Origin: a virus
Taxonomy: Duplodnaviria > Caudoviricetes
IMG/VR virus record: IMGVR_UViG_3300033153_003791
Coordinates: 1 to 36,608 of that record
DNA: 36,608 nt
Strand: one strand, 5' to 3'
The notes below the pieces were generated by a model. It was not told the DNA's origin. It searched no databases and saw only the letters and a program-made list of their open reading frames with translations. Made by a program: the position numbers and the translations under genes. Positions 26,630 through 36,568 of this stretch are shown here, piece by piece; the first letter of the stretch is position 1, and each line of letters begins with the position of its first letter.

Positions 26630-28606
26630 ATGGAACAATATCAAGGCGAATTAACACTTGGAGATACTGAAACAGAAGAAGAAGCAACTCCAGGTGGATT
26701 TAGTGTTGGTTGGGATGTAGGACAACTTAGCTATGGTGGAAATGTAGAAGATGAAACATTCTCAAAAATTCATTCTAATTATTCAGACTACTCAGATAAC
26801 TCACAATTCTATGACGCTTGGAAAAATATCGAAGATTATACAATTATGGCAGACAACAGAGGCAGACACCAAAGAGCGATAGATGGTGAAGCTTTTATGT
26901 TAGATGATAAAAATAATATTATTCCTGGAGCAGGTCACTTCTCAGGAGCAGACTTACTTTACAATATGGATGCAATCAAAGGTGCGTTACTTGCAAAAAA
27001 ACAAGGGTATAGCGAAGATGTTTTTAACAATGAGTATTCTAATGTTACTAAAGCTCATTCAGAAAGATTAGCAAAACAAAAAGAGGGAACATCAACAGCA
27101 ACTTACATCGCAGGGTCACTATCCGCACACATTCTACAGCCTGAAACAGCAATAGACTTTATGAGTCCTGGTAAAATAATGGGAAGTTCAGTTGTTAAAG
27201 GTGCTGTAAAAGCTTTTGGAGTCGAAGCCGGAGTAGCATTAATTGGTGAATCAATCAGAGAGCAAAGAGTTCGTGAACACATGGAGAGAGCAAGTCTTGA
27301 ATACACTCTATGGGATAGTGCAAAAAACATTCTAATCAATAGTGGGTTTGCAGGACTTATTAGAGGAATAGGCTCGGCAGTAATCGACACAAGAACTCTT
27401 AACAAGATTGATTCTAAAATAATAGACAAAACAGATAAAGAGATTTTCGCAAGGTTTGCACAAAGAGAAAACTACAAACTTTCACAAAACACAAACACTC
27501 ATATCCGCTTAATGGAAAAAGCAAAACACGATATGGATAATGGTAAAGTCGCAGACATAGCAGACCATACAGATATTGACATAAACACAAAACTTGATGA
27601 TACAATAGATGAAGTAAGTATTGATGATGAACTTAAACTTAATGAGGCAGAGCGTGGACTTCCTGAACAGACACAAAAGTTTGAACAAGAATTTGATTCA
27701 GCACCGCCAATGAAAGATGTGCCAGAAGATGTTTATGAGGGAATGGCAACACCTCAAGAAGCTGATGATTTAATTGCGGAGATGGGAAAACTTGATCCTG
27801 AAATAAAAGCAGAAGCAAAAGCATTAAACGAACAAGCACAAAGAGTAAAAGAAGCCTCAGAACCAACAATCGGTGGAAGTGAAGATGAAGCCACAGAAAC
27901 AGTCAAAGGTATGTTTAAAAAGAGTTTAGACACCACAGAGCAATATAAAGGAATGAGTCAAGCAGATTTAGACGAGTTGGACCGCATAGCTTTAGAAAAC
28001 GAATTAGTTGATGATTTAGGAAACCCTATTGTTTTTTCTAAATTCGCCGATAATCTTGCTGCCGGAACAGTTGCAGGGGTAGAAAAAGACGAGCAAGGAA
28101 ACATAACTTTTGATGCAGAGAAGTTTGTTATCGGGCTTGGTGGCTATACAGTCGTTAAAGCACTTCTTAAAAACCCTAAAATACAAAAAGAGTTAAGAGG
28201 TTGGGCAGAGAGAGCGATTGAGGACTTAGAGAGTAAGCCTGGTTTTGGAATGGTAACAGGGGTTAAAAAAATAATAGAGAGTGGAAAAGCTAAAGAAATA
28301 AAACCAAATGCTTTATGTTTTAAAGGTGCTTGTGATAGAGTAAGAAGAACAGAAGATGGGGAGCGATTTTGGCAAAAAATGATGGAAACAAGAGTTGAAA
28401 TCAAAGAAAAAGAGTTTACTAAAAATGTTGACGTTAAAGACCTTTTAGATGAGGGTGAAACTTGGAAAGATTATAAAAATATGGCAATCGGAGAGGGAGA
28501 GCCACTAAGATATTACAAGTCTGATGATAATGTTTACCATTTTCAACACGCAGGATTTGAGTTTATATGGGACGAAGCTATAAAAAAACCTAAAGGAAGC
28601 GAATAA
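26630..28606 (+). CDS. Internal virion protein with a probable C-terminal cargo domain
   Basis: Gly/Ala-rich membrane-interacting segments, acidic linker, distinct C-terminal domain. Confidence 0.65.
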   Translation: MEQYQGELTLGDTETEEEATPGGFSVGWDVGQLSYGGNVEDETFSKIHSNYSDYSDNSQFYDAWKNIEDYTIMADNRGRHQRAIDGEAFMLDDKNNIIPGAGHFSGADLLYNMDAIKGALLAKKQGYSEDVFNNEYSNVTKAHSERLAKQKEGTSTATYIAGSLSAHILQPETAIDFMSPGKIMGSSVVKGAVKAFGVEAGVALIGESIREQRVREHMERASLEYTLWDSAKNILINSGFAGLIRGIGSAVIDTRTLNKIDSKIIDKTDKEIFARFAQRENYKLSQNTNTHIRLMEKAKHDMDNGKVADIADHTDIDINTKLDDTIDEVSIDDELKLNEAERGLPEQTQKFEQEFDSAPPMKDVPEDVYEGMATPQEADDLIAEMGKLDPEIKAEAKALNEQAQRVKEASEPTIGGSEDEATETVKGMFKKSLDTTEQYKGMSQADLDELDRIALENELVDDLGNPIVFSKFADNLAAGTVAGVEKDEQGNITFDAEKFVIGLGGYTVVKALLKNPKIQKELRGWAERAIEDLESKPGFGMVTGVKKIIESGKAKEIKPNALCFKGACDRVRRTEDGERFWQKMMETRVEIKEKEFTKNVDVKDLLDEGETWKDYKNMAIGEGEPLRYYKSDDNVYHFQHAGFEFIWDEAIKKPKGSE

Positions 28607-31173
28607 TGCCAATTAGCAGAGTAATATCAGACGTATTAGAAGAAACTGCGAAGCGTGGTAAACGCAAAGAGTTTAAAGAACTCGAAATTGTACCTGACGA
28701 AATAAAAAAACTTTCAGAAGAAGAACGCATTGAAAAAACAAGTGAATTTTTTGAAAAAGAAAAAGCACCAGAATTTGCAGAAACAAGACAAGAAGATATA
28801 GACCTCGACACAAAAGCAAATCTTGCAGAACAAGCCAAACAAGAAGCCAAGCAAGAAGCTAAACAAGTTCAAATAAAAGAAGCTCAAAGACAAGTTGATG
28901 AAGCACCGGAAATATTAGATGCTGCAACAAACGCAAAACTTCAAGCAGACAAAACAAGACTCAAAACAACAGAAGCGGAAGCAGATACTCTTGCAGAGAG
29001 ACAAAGAGATTTATACCTAAAAGCATACAACCTGAAAAAAGAGCAAGAGATAACAGCAACAATGCAGAGCGAAAAAGCCAAAGGTGTAAGTTTTTTTGAT
29101 AGTTTACTTAACTCTGTTGCTTCAACTCCAGGAACGGGCAGGACTTTTGCAAACATAGAGTCAAGAACTGATGCGATATACAATAGAATAAACTCTGATA
29201 TGTTTGAATTAAAAGAGGGCATGAGAACTAAATGGCTTGGATTAAAACAAGATATTGAACTAGCAGATGAAGTTATCAGATACTTAAAAGATGGTGCAAT
29301 TAAAAATCAAAAGCGATTAAAAGAAGTCAAACAGATAGCAGACCAATGGGTAAAAGCATCAGAAAAAATCAAAGGTTTGCGCAATAGAGCAGGCGCAAGA
29401 ATTGGAACATTAGAAGATTGGATACTTCCACAAAGTCACGATGCAATGAAAGTTAGAAAAGCAGGTTTTGCAAAGTGGAAAAAATCAATCGCTCCAAAAC
29501 TTGATGCAGCAAGAATTGAAAAAGAGCAAGGAATACCATTAAATGAAGTTTTAGACTCAGCATATAAAAACATCACTACTCCGAAAGTTGAAGTTGCAAA
29601 AGGTGGCTCATCAGTAGTTGCAAAGCGTGGAGAAGAGTTAAGAGTCTTGCATTTTAAAGATGGCAAGGGAATGATTAACTATAAAAACGAATATGGAAAC
29701 CCTGATACTTTCGCAACAATGGATGCTCACATAAGACAGCAATCAAATGAAATAGCAGCAATGCAAATCTTTGGAGCTAACCCACAAGCAAACTTTGATA
29801 AACTAAAAGAACTCGCAAGAGCTGATGGAATGGGTAAAACCGCTGAAACACACTTAGACCAAGCTTGGAGATTATCAACCGGACAAGTAGATGGTGACGA
29901 TATTGTAAGCAAGTTAGACGCTACAATGGCAACAATCGGTGGAACTCACAGAGCGATACAAATATCATCAAAACTTGGCTCGGCAATGGTAAGTTCTTTA
30001 GCAGACTTATCAAGTATTGTTCTAGGAAGTGGTTATAGAGGATTAAGTTCAATAAAGATTTTAAACAAAGGACTTCACACTCTACTTCAAGAAGCAACAA
30101 CAGTAGGAAATGTAAGCAAGAACATTAAAATTGCTAATCGTATTGGAGTAGTAAGTGAGTTTGCAAGTGCTTCTTTGGCTAATAGCAGATACGCAGAAGT
30201 CGGATCAGGGAAAGCACAAAAAGCAGCAGAAGTTGTAATTAGAGCAAGTGGACTCGGAAGTTATACAAACTCACTAAGAGCATCAGTCGGTTTAGAGATG
30301 GCAGGTAATTTTGCTGAAAACTTCAACAAGAGATTAAGCGAAACACCGTTTTATAAATTGTTTGAAGAGTACGGAATTACAAACAAAGAGTGGGATATTA
30401 TCAGACAAACAGAGGCATATAAAATAAAAGGTGCGGAGTTCTTTGATGTTAAAAAACTCTATGAAATTGATGAAGCTCTTGGTTATAAAATTTCTGAAAT
30501 GATAAGCAATGAAATGGATGCTTTTGTGATTATGCCATCAAACAGAACAAGAATATGGACCACTTGGGGTGAGAAAAAAGGAACAGTTAAAGGCGAGATG
30601 GCTAGAAATATGATGCTTTTTAAATCTTTTCCTATAGCTTCAACATTAATGCACCTTAAAAGAATTGGAAAAATAGACTCTAAAATGGGTAAAGTCGGTT
30701 ACGCATCAGCACTAATCGGAGTTAATACAATAATGGGTGGAATAACTCTATGGGCATACGATACAGTCACAGGAAAAACACCAAGAAGCGTAAATAGACC
30801 TGCTATGATTGGCGAGGCTTTAACTAAATCAGGAGGACTTGGAATATTTGGAGACTTCTTTTTAGGACTTGGTGAAAATCAATATGGGCATAGCTTCTCA
30901 GAAACATTAGTTGGAGTTCCTGCAAGTACGCTTGATGATATTGTAGATACAGCTCAAGATTTAATGTTCAAAGACAAAGACAAAGCTATTGGAAATATCT
31001 ATAATAGAGCGAAAGCATACATACCTGGACAAAATCTTTGGTACACAAGAGCAGTAGTAGAAAGAACTGTAGGCGATTTTATGGGAGAGGTGATTGATCC
31101 AGACCATCAACGCAGAAAAAGACGCAGACAAAAGGCACTTAGATTAAGAGGACAAGAATACCTTTTAAAATAA
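28606..31173 (+). CDS. Large internal virion (ejection) protein, gp16-like
   Basis: WILPQSHD, LFKSFP, GGLGIFGDF, PGQNLWY motifs. Confidence 0.8.
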   Translation: MPISRVISDVLEETAKRGKRKEFKELEIVPDEIKKLSEEERIEKTSEFFEKEKAPEFAETRQEDIDLDTKANLAEQAKQEAKQEAKQVQIKEAQRQVDEAPEILDAATNAKLQADKTRLKTTEAEADTLAERQRDLYLKAYNLKKEQEITATMQSEKAKGVSFFDSLLNSVASTPGTGRTFANIESRTDAIYNRINSDMFELKEGMRTKWLGLKQDIELADEVIRYLKDGAIKNQKRLKEVKQIADQWVKASEKIKGLRNRAGARIGTLEDWILPQSHDAMKVRKAGFAKWKKSIAPKLDAARIEKEQGIPLNEVLDSAYKNITTPKVEVAKGGSSVVAKRGEELRVLHFKDGKGMINYKNEYGNPDTFATMDAHIRQQSNEIAAMQIFGANPQANFDKLKELARADGMGKTAETHLDQAWRLSTGQVDGDDIVSKLDATMATIGGTHRAIQISSKLGSAMVSSLADLSSIVLGSGYRGLSSIKILNKGLHTLLQEATTVGNVSKNIKIANRIGVVSEFASASLANSRYAEVGSGKAQKAAEVVIRASGLGSYTNSLRASVGLEMAGNFAENFNKRLSETPFYKLFEEYGITNKEWDIIRQTEAYKIKGAEFFDVKKLYEIDEALGYKISEMISNEMDAFVIMPSNRTRIWTTWGEKKGTVKGEMARNMMLFKSFPIASTLMHLKRIGKIDSKMGKVGYASALIGVNTIMGGITLWAYDTVTGKTPRSVNRPAMIGEALTKSGGLGIFGDFFLGLGENQYGHSFSETLVGVPASTLDDIVDTAQDLMFKDKDKAIGNIYNRAKAYIPGQNLWYTRAVVERTVGDFMGEVIDPDHQRRKRRRQKALRLRGQEYLLK

Positions 31174-31175
31174 GG

Positions 31176-31181
31176 TATAAT
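31176..31181 (+). promoter_or_regulatory. -10 box upstream of the tail fibre gene
   Basis: TATAAT about 20 nt before ATG 31202, with AAGGG RBS. Confidence 0.5.
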
Positions 31182-31201
31182 ACCAACATAAGGGAAAAGT
31201 A

Positions 31202-32401
31202 ATGGCATTTAACAGTAATAACCCAAGACAAGAGTTTGTAGCGACTGCAAGTCAAACAGATTTTGTTTTCAATTTTAAAATATACGAGGACTCAGACCTC
31301 AAGGTGTATCAAACAGCAGATGGAGTTGATCCAGATGATGCAACAGACATTCTCACTCTTACTACTCACTATACAGTTGTGGTTGATGGCGATGATGGCG
31401 GAACGGTTACTTTAAACTCAGGAGCAACACTTGATGATATGGTAACTATTTTGAGAGATTTACCTTACACAAGAGAAACCGACTATCAAACAGGTGGGGA
31501 TTTATTAGCAGAGACTTTAGATGAGGATCAAGAGTATCAAACTTATCTTTCTCAACAGCTTGATGCAGAAAAAGGACAATTTCTAAAACTTCCGAACAGT
31601 TTACAAAATGCAGATGGAACGCTACCTGCTCCAGAGGGCGATGCTTATTTCAAATGGAACGCTACCGGAACAGGAATAGAGAATGATACAACAATACCAG
31701 ATGCAGTAACAACATCGGCAGCAAACGCAGCAGCAGCAGCAGCGAGTGAGTCAGCAGCAGCAACAAGTGAAACTAACGCAAAATTGTTCGAGTGGGAAGC
31801 AGAAGCCGAAAGATTAACAGCAGACTCATACGCAACAGAAGCAGAGGACACATTTGTAAATTTAGTCACTTCTGATGGAGACGGAACTTTCACATATACA
31901 CCAACAGCTGACTACAGTTCTTTACATTATGCAGCAAAATCAGCATCATCGGTATCAGAGTTCGGCGATGATGTTTTCAGGATTAAAGATAATGGAGATA
32001 CAAGTAAAAAAGTAGCTTTTGAAGCATCAGGAATTACAACAGCAACGACAAGAACGATAACTGTTCCTGATAGTGATTTAACTATGGCTGGAAATAATAT
32101 TGCTCAGACGTTTACAGAAGCTCAACGAACATCAACAGCAGCAGGAGATAATTCTATTGCATTTAATGACGATAATAACAACACTTTAACAGCAACAGCA
32201 GCTAATATAACTGTAACTAATCAAACAATCGGCCAAGGTGGTACAATTATTATTACTACTGCTGAAAATATTACAGGTTGGGGAACAGAATTTGATTGGG
32301 GTAATGCAGGAGAGCCAACAGGATTAACAGGAGTAGAAACATTTGCTTATTATGTAAGTGGAGCAAGTGGAGCAGATAGTATTAAAATCGGGAGACTATA
32401 A
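31202..32401 (+). CDS. Tail fibre protein (T7 gp17-like N-terminal anchor)
   Basis: QTDFVFNFKIY..DLKVY...VTILR..TDYQ; Ala-rich stalk. Confidence 0.88.
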   Translation: MAFNSNNPRQEFVATASQTDFVFNFKIYEDSDLKVYQTADGVDPDDATDILTLTTHYTVVVDGDDGGTVTLNSGATLDDMVTILRDLPYTRETDYQTGGDLLAETLDEDQEYQTYLSQQLDAEKGQFLKLPNSLQNADGTLPAPEGDAYFKWNATGTGIENDTTIPDAVTTSAANAAAAAASESAAATSETNAKLFEWEAEAERLTADSYATEAEDTFVNLVTSDGDGTFTYTPTADYSSLHYAAKSASSVSEFGDDVFRIKDNGDTSKKVAFEASGITTATTRTITVPDSDLTMAGNNIAQTFTEAQRTSTAAGDNSIAFNDDNNNTLTATAANITVTNQTIGQGGTIIITTAENITGWGTEFDWGNAGEPTGLTGVETFAYYVSGASGADSIKIGRL

Positions 32402-33297
32402 TGATTGATAATTTATTGATGGTTTGCTCAGATGGAGTTGCTGCCATCGAATTTGAGACAGTTCTTGGAACAACCACCCCTACTATTACAGCGCCTTTAC
32501 TAAAATGGAGTAAAGATAGAAACAATAGTGAAGACCATAGATTGTCAAACAGTGTGATTGGTCACACAGCACATCAAAGAAGCAATACAACAGATACTGA
32601 AACAACTTGTGGTACAACCCCATCAATAACAACAGATGATATTACTTTTTATTTTGGAGATGATGGTACAGCTACTCATACTGCCTCTAATACTAATGGT
32701 ACTATCACAAGTGAAACAAAAGCTATGAGTTGGTTTAGTGTAGCAAGTTGGCTTGGGAATACTACACTAGGAGCAACAGTTGGACATGGGCTTCCTGTTG
32801 CTCCAGAATTTATAATAACTAAAGCAAGAGATGGAGCGAATAACTGGGCTTGTTATCATAAAACAATAACAGCAACAGATTTAATTTACTTAAACTTAAA
32901 TAATGGCTCAACAGCATATAATCAGGCTTGGGATAGCACAGAACCAACATCAAGTGTATTTTCTATAGGCGATAATACAGTTACAAACTCAGGGGATATG
33001 ATAGCTTATTGTTTTGCCTCAGAAATAGGCGTGTGTAAAGTAGGTACAGTAACTGTATCAGGTGGCACAATGAGCGGAGATACAAATCTCGGTTTCCCTC
33101 TAGGTTTTGGAATGTTCAAGAGAGAGAATGGCACAGGCGATTGGGAGATAATAAATAGCGAAACAACTAACTTCTTAGTAGCAAATGATGGAAGTTCAGA
33201 GACCTCAAATGGGGCAGATAGAGTGACAGTAGTGGGGAATATTATTTCAAATAATGGAATACCTGATGGAATATATATCTTTGTAGCAATTAAATAA
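32401..33297 (+). CDS. Distal tail fibre/receptor-binding protein
   Basis: GHGLxxAPEFIITKxR, WxxYH, IAYCFA motifs common in marine phage fibres. Confidence 0.75.
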   Translation: MIDNLLMVCSDGVAAIEFETVLGTTTPTITAPLLKWSKDRNNSEDHRLSNSVIGHTAHQRSNTTDTETTCGTTPSITTDDITFYFGDDGTATHTASNTNGTITSETKAMSWFSVASWLGNTTLGATVGHGLPVAPEFIITKARDGANNWACYHKTITATDLIYLNLNNGSTAYNQAWDSTEPTSSVFSIGDNTVTNSGDMIAYCFASEIGVCKVGTVTVSGGTMSGDTNLGFPLGFGMFKRENGTGDWEIINSETTNFLVANDGSSETSNGADRVTVVGNIISNNGIPDGIYIFVAIK

Positions 33298-33308
33298 AAG
33301 GAAGAATT

Positions 33309-33884
33309 ATGGAACTGTATAGTGTAGAAAATGGAATAGAACACTTAAAAGTAATTAAGCATAGTGGCGGTACAAGCTACCCAGAAAAACTAAGTGAGGT
33401 TGATAGAAATGCTTTAGGGTATTTTAATGTTGCTAGAGGTTTAAATGAGATAAATACAAGATATTATACTGTTGATACTACAGAAGAGTTAATTGATAAT
33501 ACTTACACTATTTCATATATTGCTACCGATAAACCTTTACAAGTGGTAAAAGACTACAAATTATCTATTCTAGCCAATAAAGCAACAGAGGTCGAAGAAC
33601 AAGGGATAACTGTCAGCGGATTAGAAATAGCAACGGATGTTAAATCTCAAGCTAAACTTACTACAGCAATCACATTCTTTGGAAGAAAACCAAGCGAGGT
33701 AAGAAAGTTTAAGACTAAGGATGGATTTGCTAATGCTGATAAAGCAACAGTAGAAGCAATACAAGATGCTCTTGATGTTCACTTGGTAGCAGTTACAACA
33801 AATGAAGAGGCTCATTATGATGCCATTAAACTTCTTGAAACAGTCACAGAAGTAGAAGCATACGATATTACAACCGGTTGGTAA
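33309..33884 (+). CDS. DUF4376-like tail fibre-associated protein
   Basis: IATDxxSQxKL...FKTKDGF...YDITTGW. Confidence 0.75.
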   Translation: MELYSVENGIEHLKVIKHSGGTSYPEKLSEVDRNALGYFNVARGLNEINTRYYTVDTTEELIDNTYTISYIATDKPLQVVKDYKLSILANKATEVEEQGITVSGLEIATDVKSQAKLTTAITFFGRKPSEVRKFKTKDGFANADKATVEAIQDALDVHLVAVTTNEEAHYDAIKLLETVTEVEAYDITTGW

Positions 33885-33895
33885 AAGGTAAATAG

Positions 33896-34339
33896 ATGGC
33901 ACTGACAGATGATGAAATAAGAGAGAAAGTTATTAAGCACGATTATGAGTTTAGATCATTAGCTACTTCTTTAAAAAGTATTGTTGATGAACTTCATGCA
34001 ATTACATCATCAATGAAAAACGTAGCGGTCTTGACAGAGCAAATTTCAAATATGGACAATAACCTAAAAGAGAGTTTTACGCGTGTTCATAAAAAAATAG
34101 AAGAAAATGAAGTTGAAATAAAATCCATAAAAGACGTACAAGAAGATAAGGGCTGTAATGCTCTGTCAAATGCTAAAAATAACATAAATACGTTAAATCT
34201 TGCAATGTTTGGTAAAGATGGCAGAGGCGGTGTAATTTTTGATGTTGAAGATATAAAGAAATTTATGTATAAATCAATGGGCTTTTTTACATTATTAAAC
34301 ATCGTTTTAGTTGCTGCTATTACCTATATATTTAAATAA
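33896..34339 (+). CDS. Coiled-coil protein with C-terminal TM helix (holin candidate)
   Basis: C-terminal FFTLLNIVLVAAITYIF; lies before the lysis genes. Confidence 0.6.
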   Translation: MALTDDEIREKVIKHDYEFRSLATSLKSIVDELHAITSSMKNVAVLTEQISNMDNNLKESFTRVHKKIEENEVEIKSIKDVQEDKGCNALSNAKNNINTLNLAMFGKDGRGGVIFDVEDIKKFMYKSMGFFTLLNIVLVAAITYIFK

Positions 34340-34351
34340 TAAGGAACAAAG

Positions 34352-34732
34352 ATGAGCAAATTTAAAAATGATTTAATCGTTAAAGTTCCGATTGATGGCG
34401 GTGACAGAATTCTCGTTGAAGATTTAATATACTCTTCTGACAAAGTGCATAAAATATTAATAGCACCGACAGGAATGAAAACTGACTATGGAAGCATTCC
34501 TAAAATTCTTCACAATGTCTTATCTCCTACAGGCAAACCAACCTATGCTTTTGTAATTCACGATATGCTATATCAAAAAGGTCTTTATAATAAAAAAACA
34601 AGTGATAAAATCTTAGACGAAGCAATGAAGCTTTTAGGTGTTGGATGGTTTAAAAGAAAAACCATTATGTCTGGACTAAGACTTGGCGGATGGGTAGCTT
34701 GGAATAAATATCGCAAAAAGGATAAGAAGTGA
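34352..34732 (+). CDS. DUF1353 family protein
   Basis: TDYGSIP, IHDMLY, D..L.EAM...GV, LRLGGW. Confidence 0.88.
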   Translation: MSKFKNDLIVKVPIDGGDRILVEDLIYSSDKVHKILIAPTGMKTDYGSIPKILHNVLSPTGKPTYAFVIHDMLYQKGLYNKKTSDKILDEAMKLLGVGWFKRKTIMSGLRLGGWVAWNKYRKKDKK

Positions 34733-35169
34733 ACTTAGATAACTTAGTAATCAGCACAAAAGAAAATGAGGGATTTAGAGGCGAAGTCTATCAATGCTCT
34801 CTAGGATTCGACACAATCGGTTTTGGTACAAAACTACCTATTTCCAAAAAAGAAGCCACAGTATTGCTTAGAATGAGGCTCAACGATAAGATTGAAGAAC
34901 TTGAAAGAAGAAAACCGCTTTTTACACAACTGCCAAATGAAGTTCAAGAAATTTTAGCAGAGATGACTTATCAAATAGGCGTTACCGGATTGTTGAAGTT
35001 TAGAAAGACTTGGCTGTATTTAGAAGAGAATGAGTTTGAATCAGCTAGTATTGAAATGCTCGATAGTAAATGGTATAGACAGATGCACGAGGCTGATATG
35101 AGAGATGGTAAAGACAGCATAAACAGAGCAGAAGAGCTGTCACAAAGAATGGCGATGGTGCAAAATTGA
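34729..35169 (+). CDS. Endolysin, T4-lysozyme-like (GH24)
   Basis: NEGFR..VYQCSLGFDTIGFG, EMTYQIG, EMLDSKWYRQ. Confidence 0.92.
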   Translation: MNLDNLVISTKENEGFRGEVYQCSLGFDTIGFGTKLPISKKEATVLLRMRLNDKIEELERRKPLFTQLPNEVQEILAEMTYQIGVTGLLKFRKTWLYLEENEFESASIEMLDSKWYRQMHEADMRDGKDSINRAEELSQRMAMVQN

Positions 35170-35585
35170 GAAAGTGCAAAGATTGTGGACAGAGAGCTTC
35201 AAGCGATGAAGAATTAGAGTTTTTTGTAAAAAATAAAAAAGCAAGCTATGGTAGAAAGAATATTTGCAAAAAGTGTCATAATGACAGGTCTTTGATAAAC
35301 GCTGCAAAACCAGAAGTCCGAAAAAGAACAAGAGCCTCGCAGCTAAAGAAACGATATGACATAACCTATGAAGATTTTGAAGAAATGTTCAAAAAGCAAA
35401 AAGGAAAGTGTAAAATATGCCAAGAATCTAAAGAGCTTGTTGTTGACCACAATCACAACAACAAGGAAGTGAGAGGGCTATTGTGTCACAATTGTAATAG
35501 AGGAATCGGTTTTTTAATGGATTCTCCAAAAAATCTTTACAGTGCATACACTTATCTTTTAGAAAGCAGTTTTTATGGTAAGTAA
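35166..35585 (+). CDS. Endonuclease VII-family (His-Me) endonuclease with N-terminal Zn finger
   Basis: QKGKCKIC, LVVDHNH, VRGLLCHNCNRGIG. Confidence 0.93.
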   Translation: MRKCKDCGQRASSDEELEFFVKNKKASYGRKNICKKCHNDRSLINAAKPEVRKRTRASQLKKRYDITYEDFEEMFKKQKGKCKICQESKELVVDHNHNNKEVRGLLCHNCNRGIGFLMDSPKNLYSAYTYLLESSFYGK

Positions 35586-35636
35586 ACCCCAAACAGAGCC
35601 AAAGAACTATCAGACTTAATGGCTAAAATAACCTAG
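35586..35636 (+). pseudogene. Displaced 3' fragment of an endolysin gene (TPNRAKELSDLMAKIT*)
   Basis: Matches the T4-lysozyme TPNRAK motif and parallels NRAEELSQRMA in the intact gene. Confidence 0.75.
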
Positions 35637-35748
35637 ACGCATCATCCCAATACCTAACTAAACAAAATATCGAACTTGCAACAATAGCACACGCTCCAGC
35701 AAGCAGCATATAACTGTATATCAAATCTTTACTTTTCCATTTCATCTC

Positions 35749-35871
35749 TCAACCTGCTTTTCTTATTCTAATCGCATAAACTTTCTTTAACCCAACATTA
35801 CAGTTAGGACATTTCAAAGTTCTTAGTGTGTATACTCTATGGCACTTAGGGCAACGGTTTATTGTTTTCAT
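35749..35871 (-). CDS. Small Zn-finger protein (40 aa); not in ORF track
   Basis: MKTINRCPKCHRVYTLRTLKCPNC...; GGGAG RBS; ATGA coupling. Confidence 0.65.
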   Translation of the reverse strand: MKTINRCPKCHRVYTLRTLKCPNCNVGLKKVYAIRIRKAG

Positions 35872-35954
35872 TTTAATCTCCCACATTTTTTACAAAATAA
35901 CTTATTATGCAAATCTCTTATCGTTTCACTACATCCACAGTATTTACATTTCAT
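35868..35954 (-). CDS. Tiny Zn-finger protein (28 aa); not in ORF track
   Basis: MKCKYCGCSETIRDLHNKLFCKKCGRLK; AAGGAG RBS. Confidence 0.65.
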   Translation of the reverse strand: MKCKYCGCSETIRDLHNKLFCKKCGRLK

Positions 35955-36160
35955 CATTTCTCCTTTTTCATAAACTCTGGTATAAAATACTCTAAAGCAC
36001 CGCTTGACTTATCAGCAACTCTATTTTGTATGTCGTGCCCCTCTGCGATTAATTCGCTTATTCTGCTTCTGCAACTTGTCCCGTATCTTGGAATATTAAA
36101 TAGCATATTCACTACTAAACCGTTTTGTAAGTCCTCTAGTATGTTTTGCTTTTTTGACAT
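35954..36160 (-). CDS. Winged-HTH DNA-binding protein
   Basis: QxxILxxL...SCRSRISELxxEGHDI...EY pattern. Confidence 0.75.
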   Translation of the reverse strand: MSKKQNILEDLQNGLVVNMLFNIPRYGTSCRSRISELIAEGHDIQNRVADKSSGALEYFIPEFMKKEK

Positions 36161-36164
36161 TTTG

Positions 36165-36326
36165 TTATCCCCAAATATATTGTGCTGAAATTAAAGATAT
36201 TATAAACCACGTTATGAAAAATATTGAACCTTTTTCGTGGTCCTTGTCTTTTTCGTCTTTCATTACCATTAAAGAACCAATTAGTCCTAAAACGCTAATT
36301 AAAAACATTCCCCATGCTATTATCAT
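36165..36326 (-). CDS. Small two-TM membrane protein (53 aa); not in ORF track
   Basis: MIIAWGMFLISVLGLIGSLMVM-KDEKDKDHEK-GSIFFITWFIISLISAQYIWG; ATGA coupling. Confidence 0.7.
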   Translation of the reverse strand: MIIAWGMFLISVLGLIGSLMVMKDEKDKDHEKGSIFFITWFIISLISAQYIWG

Positions 36327-36568
36327 TTGTCATTCTTTTCAATTTTATTACCGGTCATAACATCTTCAACACTTTCTAAAACCAGTTCTGAATCAACAAC
36401 CTTGTAGTATCTTATGACGTTTGTTTCTTTATCAAAGATAGATACTTGGAAGCCCTTTGCTTCGTTATAGCTCGACACTAAGTTTGTATCATCGTTTTCT
36501 AAAGCATAATCCATTTTGTCGTTGTAGTCGGTTATTTTGTCGTCTATTATTAGTTTAACTCCGTTCAT
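36323..36568 (-). CDS. Hypothetical acidic protein, directly downstream of the pentapeptide gene across the junction
   Basis: GGAGG RBS before ATG 36568. Confidence 0.7.
   Translation of the reverse strand: MNGVKLIIDDKITDYNDKMDYALENDDTNLVSSYNEAKGFQVSIFDKETNVIRYYKVVDSELVLESVEDVMTGNKIEKNDK

Noticed and set aside
31710-31780. GCA-rich repeat
   Set aside because: Ordinary Ala-rich tail-fibre stalk.
1244-35331. Numerous minus-strand ORFs in the ORF track
   Set aside because: Nearly all lie antisense to well-supported + strand genes and lack RBSs or motifs.
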